NCBI GenBank assembly: GCA_028023455.1
Contig: JAQFVV010000011.1
Location: forward strand, 868,001 to 932,000
Direction of reading: 5' to 3'
DNA: 64,000 nucleotides
Source: Epiperipatus broadwayi
Lineage: Eukaryota; Animalia; Onychophora
The position numbers and the translations under genes are program-made. Of this stretch, positions 40,321 to 53,107 are shown in pieces. Each line of letters starts with the position of its first letter. Within the stretch, counting starts at the first letter, position 1. The notes beneath the pieces were generated by a model that saw only the letters and a list, made by a program, of their open reading frames with translations, was not told where the DNA came from and made no database searches.

Positions 40321-42070
40321 AAGGATATTTCATAACATTTTTTCCCTCCTCTTATCAAATAAATTATGGCTCACAGTGGTTAACAAGATAGGAAGATTTT
40401 CTCTACTTTACATAAGACTAGAGTAGATCCTACATAAAAGGGTTAAGGATAGTAAAGATGGATGTTGATTGTAAATAATTTCAAGCTTAAAAATCAAACA
40501 GAATTTATTATGATATATATATAGAAGCATCAAATTATCTAAATAGTTGGGGAGAACATCATCAAAATGTTTTAAGCTTCTAAATCAACGGACAACTGCA
40601 GATTGTTCACAAAATACATACACATTGAGAGGAACAACTACACTTTAGTTGTGACTTAATAATTTACAAGGTAAAAGAGTTGCATATAAATTTGGAAAGA
40701 TTGGTTTGACTATATTTATATTTTATAACACTCTATTAATTATAAAAAATTTAATTCACTGCAGTTATGTTCCCCAAAAGTATTAAAAAATGGATAGGTA
40801 TCTTCCCCAACTGTGTAAGAGAAGTGCGAAGATGAATTAGCAGACTACATCATTTCCTGCGTGGTTCTTACGATTTGCATATAAAATAAAGAAATTTAAA
40901 ATAACTTATTTCCTACAAAAATTCTCATGCAATTTTAACAAATATGGAAAATAGAGAGTTTTGTTTTTTGCAATTTTTAATCCTAAAGCTTACAAAATTG
41001 ATTTTAACATATATGTAATAGGCGTGACTAATTTAATATTTTATTACATTATTTTAGTAGCTATTAGAAGGTTATAAATGAATGAATTGTTACAAAACCT
41101 ATTACAAAAAGAAAATCAATAAGAAAAAAGCTATTCATACATTTCAATAATGAAACTTAATGAAGTGGTGAAACAGAGGAATAATATCTAATTTAATTTA
41201 GTATTTTTTTTTTTAAAGTGCATTTCGCAATTTTCATAAAAATTAAAAGCCTTTTAGAAGGTTATGTACGCTTTAGCTTATTCGGCAGCGATAAAATGCC
41301 TGTAAACAGCTCAGACTGACAATTTAATTATATAGGAAACAGTGTCACGGCACAATTCCATAGATTTGATTTCCTCTTATTATTATTATCACCGATATAG
41401 TTTAATATCATCATTTCACCATCATTCAAAAAAAAAAAAAAACTTTTAAAATGTAAACATCCTTAATTGAAAACAAATTTATTTTAATAAAAATTTTAGA
41501 AGGACAAAAATATAGAAATAAATATTTATTTCTGTAGAACTTGAATTCTTTTTTTTTTTAACATTACAAAAACAGAAAAAAAAAGATCTAATTTAAATTA
41601 TATACTCGATTTTGCCGTGGTAGAAAAAAAAAGTATGACTCAAAAGGGGATAAGTACATCTGTTTGCCATCTGGCAAGGACATGGCCTATGAAGTCGGAT
41701 AACTAATGAGATAAAGCCTAGCTCAGATTAGAAAGACGGTGTGACTTCGGAGGTGAAAGACGAGTGAATTTCAAAAAGAATGATACCTATTAGCAAATGG
41801 ATAACAAATTTATATACTGTATATTATATAATACGCTATCCATTCTACATGGGTGGCAAATAGTTGTAAAAAGATTTTTTAACTTATCAAGTATGTGATA
41901 TTAAGAGAAAAAAATTATACCAACTCTTTCACCCTCTCCTTTTTCAGAAAGAGTAAAATTAATAACTTTGATTTAAAGGGAAAGAGAATAATATATATAT
42001 ATATTAAAATACATAAATTCAGTCATACACAAATTTATTATTTAAAAAAACAACAACAGATTTCTATGAT

Positions 42071-42300
42071 AAATAATCGAATGATTTGTTACTTGGAGGG
42101 TCATATGACATTCGAGTCCTACAATTCTGATACAGGAATCTTTAGTTTTTTAAGTTCATCACTTCACAAAACAGATTTATATAGCAAATAATCGAATAAT
42201 TAGTTGCTAGGAAGATCATGTGACATTCGAGAGCTATAATTGAAAGGTCGAACTCTGATGCAGGAACATTTATCTTTTCAGTTTCTCACTTCACCAAAGC
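42071..42300 (+). repeat. Diverged two-unit tandem repeat (about 115 bp)
   Basis: aaataatcgaat...tcatrtgacattcgag...ctgatrcaggaa...tcacttcac occurs twice. Confidence 0.8.
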
Positions 42301-42879
42301 ACTAAACTACATAAGGCATACACATTTTATACATATATGCAGATATATTTTAAAATAATATGCATGGTATCCCATAAATTCAGCATAATATGCAATAAAA
42401 AAAAAAGAAACAACTTTTATTTGCATAATTTACTCAAAATGTAAACTATTAATGATTCTTAGTGATGCTTTATCCAGTCAGGTCAAATATGATTAATAAT
42501 GATAAGAGTAAGAATATTTCATGTGTCAATGAAGTTTTGGCATTTCCCCATTTTGTTAGGCAATGGATGAAGAGTTTTTTTTTTTTTAAAAAAAAAAACT
42601 ACTAATATAATGAACAAAGTCAGTAGTTGCTATATGATCATCAGTTTATCCTCTTGAAAATCCATTGCATTACAAATCCTATTTGTTAAATTTTTGTAAC
42701 AAGTCTCTTACTGGATTAATCATTAAATTTTAAATGATTTTCCTTACTGTCCATTTCCTATGAAAAAAATTATTTGAATTAGTTTTTCTTTGCTGATATA
42801 TATCATATTCTATAAAAATAAATATAACCCCATACAGTTGAACAATATGATATAAGAATTATGTTATATAAAGAGCACA

Positions 42880-43085
42880 CAGATAAGCTCTTAACAAGCT
42901 TTACAGAATATCCCTAACCACAAACCGGTTTCTGCTACTGGCTTCCTCAGTCAGGTGCTAGGATATGCAAGCATTAGATTAAAAATACCAGGACAAGCCC
43001 AGCACTTTATCTAATGGATAACTATTAAATAGAAAATCTGAAATTTTCAGACATACATATGTCTTCCATTCCAGCCTTCTAACTT
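42880..43085 (-). mobile_element. Divergent family C copy; hammerhead core at 42918-42955
   Basis: CTGAGGA-AGC CAGTA GCA-GAAA-CCGG-TT; ACCGGT palindrome; stem I weak. Confidence 0.7.
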
Positions 43086-44081
43086 ATATAAATATATTTT
43101 GTAAAAATTATGTAAATATATTAGCATGCAAACTATAAAAGAAATACTACTTAATGTATAGATCAGCAATTCCCAACCTCAAGTTGCGACCAAATTTAGA
43201 ATTGTGAAAGAATTTGACATGGGATTGTGAAAGAGTTTATATAGAATTCAATAATTATGAAAATAATAATAATAATTCAAACAACATGATAATTAGAATG
43301 TAGTTATTATATTCATGTCAGATTTAGCCAATAAAATTACAAATTCAATAGAGTCTCAATTCATATTAAATTGCAAGGAAAAGATATTCAGGCTCAAAGA
43401 ATTATTCCAGGATTTCATGCAAAAGTGGGTGGGTTTACATCTGCATTTGTACTACTTTGAATGTTTAATGTGATTCTTTTATTGAAAATGACAATATTTT
43501 TTATTGACAATGGATCACTATGGACTAATTATGTGAAATAAATGATGTCAATGACTGCTTCCAAAAATCTTGAAAAGTTAGATCTGCCACTGTGGACTAC
43601 TTATTCGAGTGTGATCCATAATAGTTTTTTATTTGCTCTGGAATCCAATGTTTTATTTTAGACAAATGGATTCATCAAATTTAGGAATTATAAACATACT
43701 CTCAAAAATATCTGAAATTAATAACTGTTACTGAATCAATATTTTTAATTGTTCCCAATTCACTTTTAATTGAAGTCTAGTTGTAGTCACATAATTGATT
43801 TACTAAGAAAGTAAGAAATAGATGGGGGAAAAAAATGTTTATTTAAGAATAGTGTTACGTAAGTTAAAACTCAATGTAACAAATATTGCTGCAATGCTGT
43901 AAGACATAAGTCATTTAATAAAAAATAAAAAATAAAGTCATATATCACATGACTCCACTTCTTTTTTATTAAGCTTGCAGGATATAAACAAAGAGCTTTG
44001 CTAATTGCTCTACAAACTTTGAGATATATGCTTAGCAAGAGAAAGCATTTAAAATATCTCTATCTGAAAACCAACTCCCAT

Positions 44082-44123
44082 CCCCTGACCATAGTTTCAT
44101 GCTTTTGGCACTCCTCAGGGAGG
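44082..44123 (-). ncRNA. Type I hammerhead ribozyme (family C), intact core
   Basis: CCTCC-CTGAGGA-GTGC CAAAA GCAT-GAAA-CTATGG-TC-AGGGG. Confidence 0.78.
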
Positions 44124-44630
44124 CGCTAGGGTAGCTTCAGATACTAGATCTAAAAACACCAACCCAAAGCCAGCATTTATCTAAGAGTTGACTATTGAGT
44201 AGAAAATCTGAAGTTTTCAGACACCTATATGTCTTCAAAGCCAGCTATCTAACTCAAATAGCTATATGTGGCTGAGAGATCTTCAGCCAAATCATATATT
44301 AGAAGTCTTGGCAATAAAATATTGCTTAAGGCTAAAAAGCAAAGACTATAAATAGTCAATAAAAAATAGTCATATATCACAAGACTCCAATTCTTTTTTG
44401 TTTTATTAAGCTTGCAGGATATACATGACTATTTTTTATTGACTATTTATAGTCTTTGCTTTTTAGCCTTAAGCAATGTTATATCAGTTTGGCTGAAGAT
44501 CTCTCAGCCCCAAATAGCTATTTGAGTTAGATAGTTGGGTTTGAAGACATATAGGTGTCTGAAAACTTCAGATTTTCTACTCAATAGTCAACTGGTGTTT
44601 TTAGATCTAGTATCTGAAGCTATTCTAGCA

Positions 44631-44672
44631 CCTTTCTGAGGAGTTCCAAAAGCATGAAACCATGGTAAGGGG
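44631..44672 (+). ncRNA. Type I hammerhead ribozyme (family C), intact core, weak stem II
   Basis: CCTTT-CTGAGGA-GTTC CAAAA GCAT-GAAA-CCATGG-TA-AGGGG; ACCATGGT palindrome. Confidence 0.7.
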
Positions 44673-45451
44673 ATGGGAGTTGCTTTTCAGACAGAGATAT
44701 TTAAAATGCTTTTTCTTGCTAAGCATTTATCTCAAAGCTTGTTGAGCAATTAGCAAAGCTCTTTGTTTATGAGATATTTAAATTTTATTTATTTAAAAAT
44801 TCTCATTATTACATACTAATAACTAATATATATGATTACACTTATCACACGATCATGTGTATACTTTGATTATTCAAAAATACTGATATTTAACAAAAAA
44901 AATAAATAAATTCACCAGCACAAATTTTAATCATATTTTAGTTGAAAATTATCTTCCTTGCAAGTGTAAATTGTTAATGAAGATGTTATATGAGATAATT
45001 AGAGTAATAATTAAACGTTTTAAAGATACATTTGCACTCATTCAATCTTCAAAACATCTCACTCTAAAAACAGATACATCATTTTTAATGACCACTTGCA
45101 AATCAGTATTATTATTTTAATTTCAGAAGCTAAAAAAACAACCACAAAAAGGGCAATGAATAGAAGATGAATTTTATGGAAACAGTACAAGAAACTACAA
45201 ATATCCCTGCACATATTACATACAATTGCTCCACGTGTGATACTGTCTTCTAACTTCTTCCACAGGTTTTCTTTCTGAAAAATGGCAATATATCATTTAA
45301 TTGCAACTCTCCACTCTATTTCCTAATGAAGTTATCAACACTGTACTTTTTTATGGAGTTTTGAGATAATCTTTAGAACATAAATGGGGACTTCCTTTCC
45401 CATGATAACTGTGCTTAAGTTCACTACAAAATATTTGTTTGCAAGCCTATT

Positions 45452-46200
45452 GTTTTTCAGCAAAAAAACTTTTTATTGTACATTATGTATACACAATCAT
45501 GTTTCGACTGTCCTGCAGTCTTCTTCAGAGCTATGATATAATGAAACAAAATAAAATACATAGCTATATAAATAATACCATAAAAATGTAAACAATAAAA
45601 TTAATAAAATAATAGTAATAAAAATTAAAAAACACCATAAAATATAACAAAACATAATAAAACTGAAATAAATATAATCAAACCCAAGTAAAATAATAAA
45701 ATAAAATATACAATAGAAATATAAAATAAATATAAATTATATATGTGTATTCCTGACTGTATATATATATTCATGAAGAACTATTAATTTAAATATATTA
45801 TTCATTTTTATTATTTTTAATAATCCCCTAATTATTTCTATTCCTTATAGACAAAAATTAATTCTATTATCCCCATATTTATATAATATTTTATTTTCAT
45901 ATAATTCTCAGTTCAATCTTAATTCATTTATTAAGAATATTCTTTTTAATTTTTAAATCGTATAAGATGTCATTTTCTTATTCATTTTTCTGTTATTAAT
46001 AATATTTTATTGTTTTGTTATATTTTATGTTGCTTTTTATTATTTTATTAATTTTATTGTTTACACTTTTATGATATTTATATAGTTATGTATTTTATTT
46101 TGTTTCATTATATCATAGCTCTGAAGAAGACTGCAGTACAATCGAAATGTAAGATTGTGTATACATATATGTACAATAAAAAGTTTTTTTTGTTAAAAAG
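45452..46200. mobile_element. Inverted pair of Penelope-like terminal repeats with degenerate hammerheads
   Basis: 45452-45670 is complementary to 45990-46200; each arm has CTGAAGA-A-GAC TGCAG.ACA (G/A)TC-GAAA followed by aataaaaag. Confidence 0.6.
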
Positions 46201-47477
46201 TGTTCAAAATAGAGTGGACAAATTGCATTTATATAAGATATTACATATATTAGATTTATTATTATAAGATATTACAGCAAAATAAAGGAAGTGATGAATT
46301 TGCTAATATTTTTAATAAATCTTATGATCCTATCATTGTACCTTTAAAATGTTATGTAGCATTGTTGATTTTTTTCAGTGACTTTACATTATATTGATAA
46401 GAGACCATATTCATTTTCCTACAATAAATTGAACAAAATATTCTAATGTGGTTTAATGTAGATACTGGGCTTGAGAGCTCAAGAGCCAATGGTCGCAATA
46501 TAACATTATTACTTGGGGTACTCAAACTCTTTTGTAACCTCCTGAAAAACCTACCATTCAATTATTTTTAATTGAACAAAATAACTATTCTGTATACAGC
46601 TAATTTAGTTGTGGCAGCTATGATTATAATAAAATACCACAACACACAGAAATTGGTGTTGTACTTTAATCCTATCTTCCTTTTTACCTAAAGGGGTATT
46701 TTTAATCACATGATCAAGCTGATAATCATCCAGGCTAAAAGTCGCAGCTGATTTTTCTTCCATCATTAAGTGGTAAAGCTCTTGAGTTTATTGAATATTA
46801 ATTATTAAATCAGCCTTTATAATTGCAATTAAAATAAGATGAAGCTTTAAAATGTTAACATTTGCATTTGACACAAAATTTAAAATACATTCTGCATGAA
46901 CAGTTTTTATTTGCAAAAGAAATTGACCATCAAATGTATATATTAGTTTTTTATAGCCATATGCAGATAATATTTCTATTTATGCAGTTAAGAATAAGGA
47001 TTAGAACTAAGCTTAGTTTCGACAAGTAATATATTAAATACAGCTGTTACTTGTCAGCCAATGTGTTTTAACATTTATTGTATGCCCCTGAAATTGTGTA
47101 TTTTAAAAATTCATCTGCCAAGCTTGGTAGAGAGGATAATGGCCCAAAACTCATTAATATATATATTAACTTTAATATAAAATAAATTATTAAAATGATT
47201 GTGATCTGTATAAATTATGATCAATGATGATGAAGTGTCTTTGCATTATTGTAATATTTTGTTGGATAGAAACTTCAGTATGTCTTTGGCCAGAGACTCA
47301 TCAATTAAGTAAAACTTGGTTCCCAATTGGTTCTGTTTGTGCTAAAAACATATACACACATATAAAACACACTTTAAAAATAAAGTGTTTACTTGATTTT
47401 GAGAAAAAAAAAATCTACATGATAAATTGATCTTGTAAAAATCATGTTCTTGTCAGATGGTTAAAACATTACATCAG

Positions 47478-47490
47478 CCACTAGAGGGCA
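47478..47490 (+). promoter_or_regulatory. CTCF-like motif
   Basis: CCACTAGAGGGCA matches the CTCF core; a second weaker match CACTAGATGGCG lies on the minus strand at 49812-49823. Confidence 0.35.
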
Positions 47491-48049
47491 ATCTTCTGAC
47501 CTTGACTTCATAACTTTCTCACAAGTTCAAGAATGAATACTGTCTGGAACCAAAACTCATTTAAAAAGTAAAAACATTATTATTTTAAGGGGAGATTTTT
47601 TTTAAAAAAAAAGCCTCAAAAATATTAATCTCAAGTTACTAAATTACAAAATGTTATGTTCTAAATTTCATTATCCCTAGGCATGTAGCTAGAATTTGAG
47701 AATCATTGTTTTGAAAAATAATTCAAAAATTCTTTGCAAGAATTAATTTTTATCTTTCTTTGATAAGTGACATTTTTATGAAAAAGATTCTGAAAATATA
47801 TCAAGAATAAAGCAGTAGAAAATAAAAGAATAATTACAAAAAAAATAAAATAAATCTAATAATGAAAGTGTAATTGACCTATTTAATAATATATCTGATT
47901 CAAATATCATACCTTGACCAAGAAAGGCTACTTAGACGATGCCTTTATATCATTCTATAAAAGTATGCTTTTAAAAAACTATGCCTTTATATCACTTTAT
48001 AAAAACATAAATGAGTAATGGGCTCTTGCAAGCTATAAAACAATTGTCC

Positions 48050-48345
48050 TGGAATGAATAATATTTCTGTGGTGCAATTTTCACTATACCACTCTCACAC
48101 ATGGTAGGGATTGGTTTCTATCTGCTTTTAGCACCTTATGGTGGGATATAAGCATAAACATATGGCTAAAGACATGCGAAAAAGATCTATGATGCATCTT
48201 GGGTATTATAGATCTTTTTCACATCTTTGGTCATATGTTTATGATGACATCCTTCCACAAGATATTAAAAGCAGATAGAAACCAGTCCCTACCTTGCATG
48301 AGAGTGGTGTAGTGAAAATTAAACTACAGAAATATTATTTATTAT
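48050..48345. repeat. Fold-back element G
   Basis: Arms of about 145 bp, e.g. ggtagggattggtttctatctgctttta / taaaagcagatagaaaccagtccctacc. Confidence 0.85.
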
Positions 48346-49865
48346 TGGATAATTTCTAGTCTTATGAATGACTAAAAAATATTAATTATCCGGAAGATCT
48401 GATTGGCTTAGTATTTTAGTATGATGGCATAGTTAGTTAGAACCTGTTACCAGTAAAACTTTGTTAAAAAGTAATTAATTTGCTTTTTATAAAAGTATGC
48501 TTTTTTTTTTTTTAAAAAAAGAACATTTTAAAATACTAATTTAAAATTAGCAATCAAGTTGCATATTATTAATAATTAGTCTATGTTATCTCAACTAAGA
48601 AAATAATTATAGTTTAGATAAATAGTTAGAATAGACTAAGATTATTGTTGTTGCAGATTTAGCCTTATACAAAATATCATTAACTGCTAGTATCGTTAAG
48701 CATGGTTTTTGACATAAAAGTGTGTTCAATGGCTGGATTATATTAAAGTAGACACAAAAATTTAATTACAGTAAAAAGGTAAAACTTTTCAATATAGCTT
48801 ACTGAAAATAGAAGATTCTCCAACATTTTTCTACTATGCAGAAAACAATGCTCACCAGTTTGATCAAATGCCAGGTAGTGAGAGTAATAATTTTCTTTTT
48901 TTGCTTTATCCTTTAGCTAAGTAGCTAGAGAGTCATTTTCCAACCAATGAACAGGTGATTAGCTAGGTTGGCTATAGGCAGCTATCTAAAAAACCCTAAG
49001 CTTGCTTGGATATGGAAAAAATAATTCCAAGTTTTTTCTGGATTCAAAATCTAGACTTTAGATATGGCAGATGGACACATTACCAACCATACAAACAACA
49101 GCTTTGAATCACAAAAACCACAGAGATTTAAATCCACTGCTATTTAATAATGACTTATAATCTCAAGCTTATTATAAATAGTGATAGAGAATAAAGCTAT
49201 TCTTATTTATGTACAATATACATATAGGATATTAATCAGATCAGCCTATCATATGTAATGTAATCAGATGTTAGTTAAATCTTGATAACTTCACAATTAA
49301 CATTCTTGTATTACTTTTAATATGGACAAAATTACAAAAGATCTTTGACTCTTATATGTCTGTGAGGCTTTATTATTTTAGCATGAGTTACATTCCTTAA
49401 ATAATATGAATTAATACCACAAATATAAAAAATAAACACAATACAATAAATAAATTAACACACATATATTTTAAAAATAAAATTTCAGTAAATTAATATG
49501 TCTAATTGACATGTTTCTAATTTGTGTTTCTTAGTTTGTTCAAATGGCCCTATTTAATTAGTGACTAATTTCTTCCTAGAAATTAGCATCACCATCTTTT
49601 TTATGTCTTCATTGATTAGTAAATAGATAGCAGAAATCTTATCATAAAAAAAACATTAAAAACAAACTTTAAATACCAAATGTTACTAAAAAGCTCTAGT
49701 AAGACTATTATATATATATAAAAAGCTATCATGAACTTTATTCCTCGAAAAAATAAAAGAAAGCACAACAACAAAACTATTAGCAATTCTCTTCCAATCT
49801 CACTAAATATACGCCATCTAGTGTAAGCTTTAGTAATCAATAGACGCCAGATATGAATATTTAAT

Positions 49866-49942
49866 AAATCTTTATCTAGTGCTATCCTATCAAAATATCA
49901 CAAGATTAGTTTTTAGCTTATGGCTTTCATCAATGAGGAGTT
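49866..49942 (-). mobile_element. Degenerate B/C2-type hammerhead fragment
   Basis: Minus strand CTCCTCA-TTGATGA-AAGC CATAA GCTA-AAAA-CTAA-TC. Confidence 0.5.
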
Positions 49943-50111
49943 AATTGGTTTAATAACAAAACTACTTATACAGCATGGAATTACATTGTATATCCTATTT
50001 TAATCCAAAAAAAATCATTAACCAAAAAAAGATGGAAGAGGCATGGATATAGATTATTAAAGAATCAAACAGATATCTATGGAAATAAACAATCAAAACA
50101 TAAATGATAAT

Positions 50112-50285
50112 TAATATTTACTAAGGCAATAAACCTCAAGAATATACACTTGAAAATGCGAAGGTAGAGACATCTACAGGTCTTAACCACAAGCTTACGC
50201 TTTGATTAAGACCTGTAGAGGTCCCTACCTTTGCATTTTCAAGCATACATTCTTAAGGTTTATTGCCCTAGTAAATATTACTTAT
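50112..50285. mobile_element. Fold-back element family E, uninterrupted
   Basis: Same arms as 13863-14484 without the MITE insertion. Confidence 0.8.
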
Positions 50286-50766
50286 GTAATTAATGTGATT
50301 TAAATAAATTTATAATTATAAATGATAATTGAAAAATGCCTGATTATAAAAATCAACACTAAAATGAATATAAAATGATATCCCAACCAGTGATTCTATC
50401 ATGATTCTTAATTAAAAAATAGTGATGAAAAGCTTAAACTACAAACAAGAAAAGGAAGAAATATATTGCAAGACCTCTGAAAAAATGCAAAAAAAAAAAA
50501 AAAATGTATCAGAACTTATATCATATCTGACTTTACAAAAGCATTTGAAACAAGATTAGAAGTACAGGAATATTCATTTTTCATGAGTTTATAAACTACC
50601 AAACACTAACATGAAGAAGAGAAAAAAAAGCATAGTCCAAATTATTTCAAATTATTGCAACACTTACAGAATATGAGCATATTAATTTTAATGATGAGTA
50701 TATCACATCAAAACAAGGTTTTGATCCTTAAAAAATAACTAATTTTGATAAAGTGTTAGATTACAA

Positions 50767-50878
50767 TTTTTTTTTTCTTATGTCATAGCATTGGCCGGGA
50801 CGTGAACCCACAACCGTCTGCAACCAACTACTTGCTTCTGAGGCGGCTGCGATGACCTCTCGGCTAACAATGCTTGAC
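50767..50878 (-). mobile_element. Short tRNA-derived SINE (family D, same subtype as 1910)
   Basis: Reverse complement agcattgttagccgagaggtcatcgcagccgcc...gggttcacgtcccggccaatgctatgacataag(A)n. Confidence 0.85.
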
Positions 50879-50999
50879 TAGATTACAATTTTTCTATCAT
50901 GATTTGTGCCAGTTGAAATAACAAATGCAACTGTAAAAATATCTTACTTTCTTAATGAAAGAGCAAATCACATTCAATATGTAAAGTTATTAAGAAAGT

Positions 51000-51420
51000 G
51001 ATTTATTTTTTAAATAATAATATAATGTATTAGCAACAGATCACCATATGGTACAAAACCAAGATGTTTCAAGAATGGTAGCTCAAATTGCTTGTCTATT
51101 CTGAATAAATAAATTATTTGTCCGGAAGCAGGTTAAAATAAGTAGGCAAGAGATATCCTAATATGTAATTATCATTGATGATTGACTGCCACTACTTACA
51201 TAATTTATTCTAAATATTACTTTTACATCTGGATTAAAAATAAGATGGAAAAATTATTTGATTATATGCCTCGTAATTCTGACCTTTCCATTTGCAACCA
51301 ATCATTATAATATTTAAAAATCTTGCAGAATAATATTAATGATATAAATATTACAAAAGTTGTCATAGAAGACTTGATTTTGTTTAAAATTTTTACGAAA
51401 GCAATGCTATTTAATCAAAC
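51000..51420 (+). mobile_element. Possible mariner transposase remnant
   Basis: PRNSDLSICN..LQNNINDINI loosely resembles mariner PYSPDLAPSD..LQNSLNGKNF; heavily decayed. Confidence 0.3.
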
Positions 51421-52315
51421 TTTATGCTAATCCTACATATACATTAAGTACTCTAACCAAAGCTGGAGTAAGTGCACTATGATCATCACAATTCTTGATC
51501 ATCATCAGTGGGACAGTGCCATCCTTAACAATTTATTCTAACATCTCAAATTTGGAGCTATATCATAGAATAATGTATTTCCACCATTAATATGCATATA
51601 TATAATCGACAAAAGATAAGTCTAATAATCAAACAAGCAAAATATAAGATTAGTAAATAACAGCAAACTATCAACAATTATAGTTAGCAACAAACCTTAA
51701 TACAATTTGTATTGAAATCATATATATAAATAAATTATAAAATTGAATAAGCTCTGATATTCAAAGCTTCATCATTTACATTATTAAATGTGTGTGTGCG
51801 TGTAAATGAAACAAAGATATTAATTGATTATATAGTATCCATAACTTTGTAGTTATAATAACTATGAAACTTACTATTTTTCGAATTTATTGAAATAGAA
51901 TATTAAATAATATTTCTTATGATTTTTACAAATTATCTTATATTTATATAAAATACTAATTTTTGTATATTATGGAATAACATCTAAACTACTTCAAAAA
52001 TAGACACAAAATTTAGTTAAACTGTATGTAGAAAAATTTGTCTTTTAACTTAATTCCAAGCTGCAATCTTTTCAATCTATTTATAGTGTTAAGTTTATAG
52101 ATTGTTGTTTTGCAGCAAGAGGAAACAAAATAACTATCTCCTATCTTCAACTTCCTTTGAAATTAAGATTTCTTAAATAAATACACCAGACTGACTTAGT
52201 ATATATATAATATAGGGAAATTTAAAAAAAAACAATGGCGAGTCTGCAATCAAGAAATACATATCAAGAAGTTTATTTCTAATCATTAAGCAAAGCATTT
52301 TTTATTTCAAATGTA

Positions 52316-52622
52316 AGCTTTGAACAACGTTCCATCATCAGATTTTCAATGAAATGGTTGGCTGAAGAGTTGTGGGTTGTAGTTTGAAGCCTGTCCATTA
52401 AAGTATGAAGATTGGCTATCTTAATATAAAGCTGAGCACTGATTGTATATGTGTGTGGAGATAATAATCTGGACCAACTGATGATTTGCTGGTTTAGCAT
52501 GAAATATGTATATTAGTGATTATTTAACTTTTCAACATGTGTGTGATCAGGTGGGTCAGCAATATGAGATGGCATGGAGAGTTGAGGGTTATGTGAAAGT
52601 CTGAGTTTGAATCCCTTATACA
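52316..52622 (+). mobile_element. Family A copy; hammerhead 52473-52517
   Basis: Core intact (CTGATGA...GAAA...TA); extra T in stem II and one stem I mismatch. Confidence 0.9.
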
Positions 52623-53107
52623 TTAAAAAAAGATTATTGTTATGTACAATAATTTCAAAAAAAATGGCTTCCTGCATTTTGCAATATGTATGGTTGCATC
52701 AGAAATACCATAGATGTGTTAGAATTATTATGTCAGCTAAGCACCACATTTATCAGCACTGTATGCAATTTAAAAGTTATACTGAATCTGCAAATGTGAA
52801 TTCAGTGACAATTCTATTCTGGAAAAGATAATCCACTAATTCAACACATCATGGAAAACTGTTATGGCATATATAACTTCATAACGGGTACTTTATTATC
52901 AATTGAATATATAGTACGTAATATGGGTTGTTATGGACAAGGAATGGATCTATCTTTAGGTGTGTTTTTAGGGTAGCAAAATTATAAAGATAATAAATAT
53001 TAAATTTTTTTTTTTAAATAAATAAAAACAAATTTTATTCATTATGAAGAAAACTAGCGCAAGACAATAATTTTTTTCAAACATTGATAGTCTCTAAATC
53101 TATAAAA

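Larger units (their letters stand above)
43925..44770. mobile_element. Family C inverted pair (longer-than-monomer antisense, then sense)
   Basis: gtcatatatcaca.gactcca...ttattaagcttgcaggatata recurs at about 43937 and 44369; arms highly similar. Confidence 0.92.

Noticed and set aside
43163-43580. Complete hAT MITE starting cagcaattcccaacct
   Set aside because: Left end is hAT-like, but no convincing right TIR or TSD
48100-48300. Hammerhead within fold-back G
   Set aside because: GAAACCAGTC is present, but the 5' core and stem I are missing
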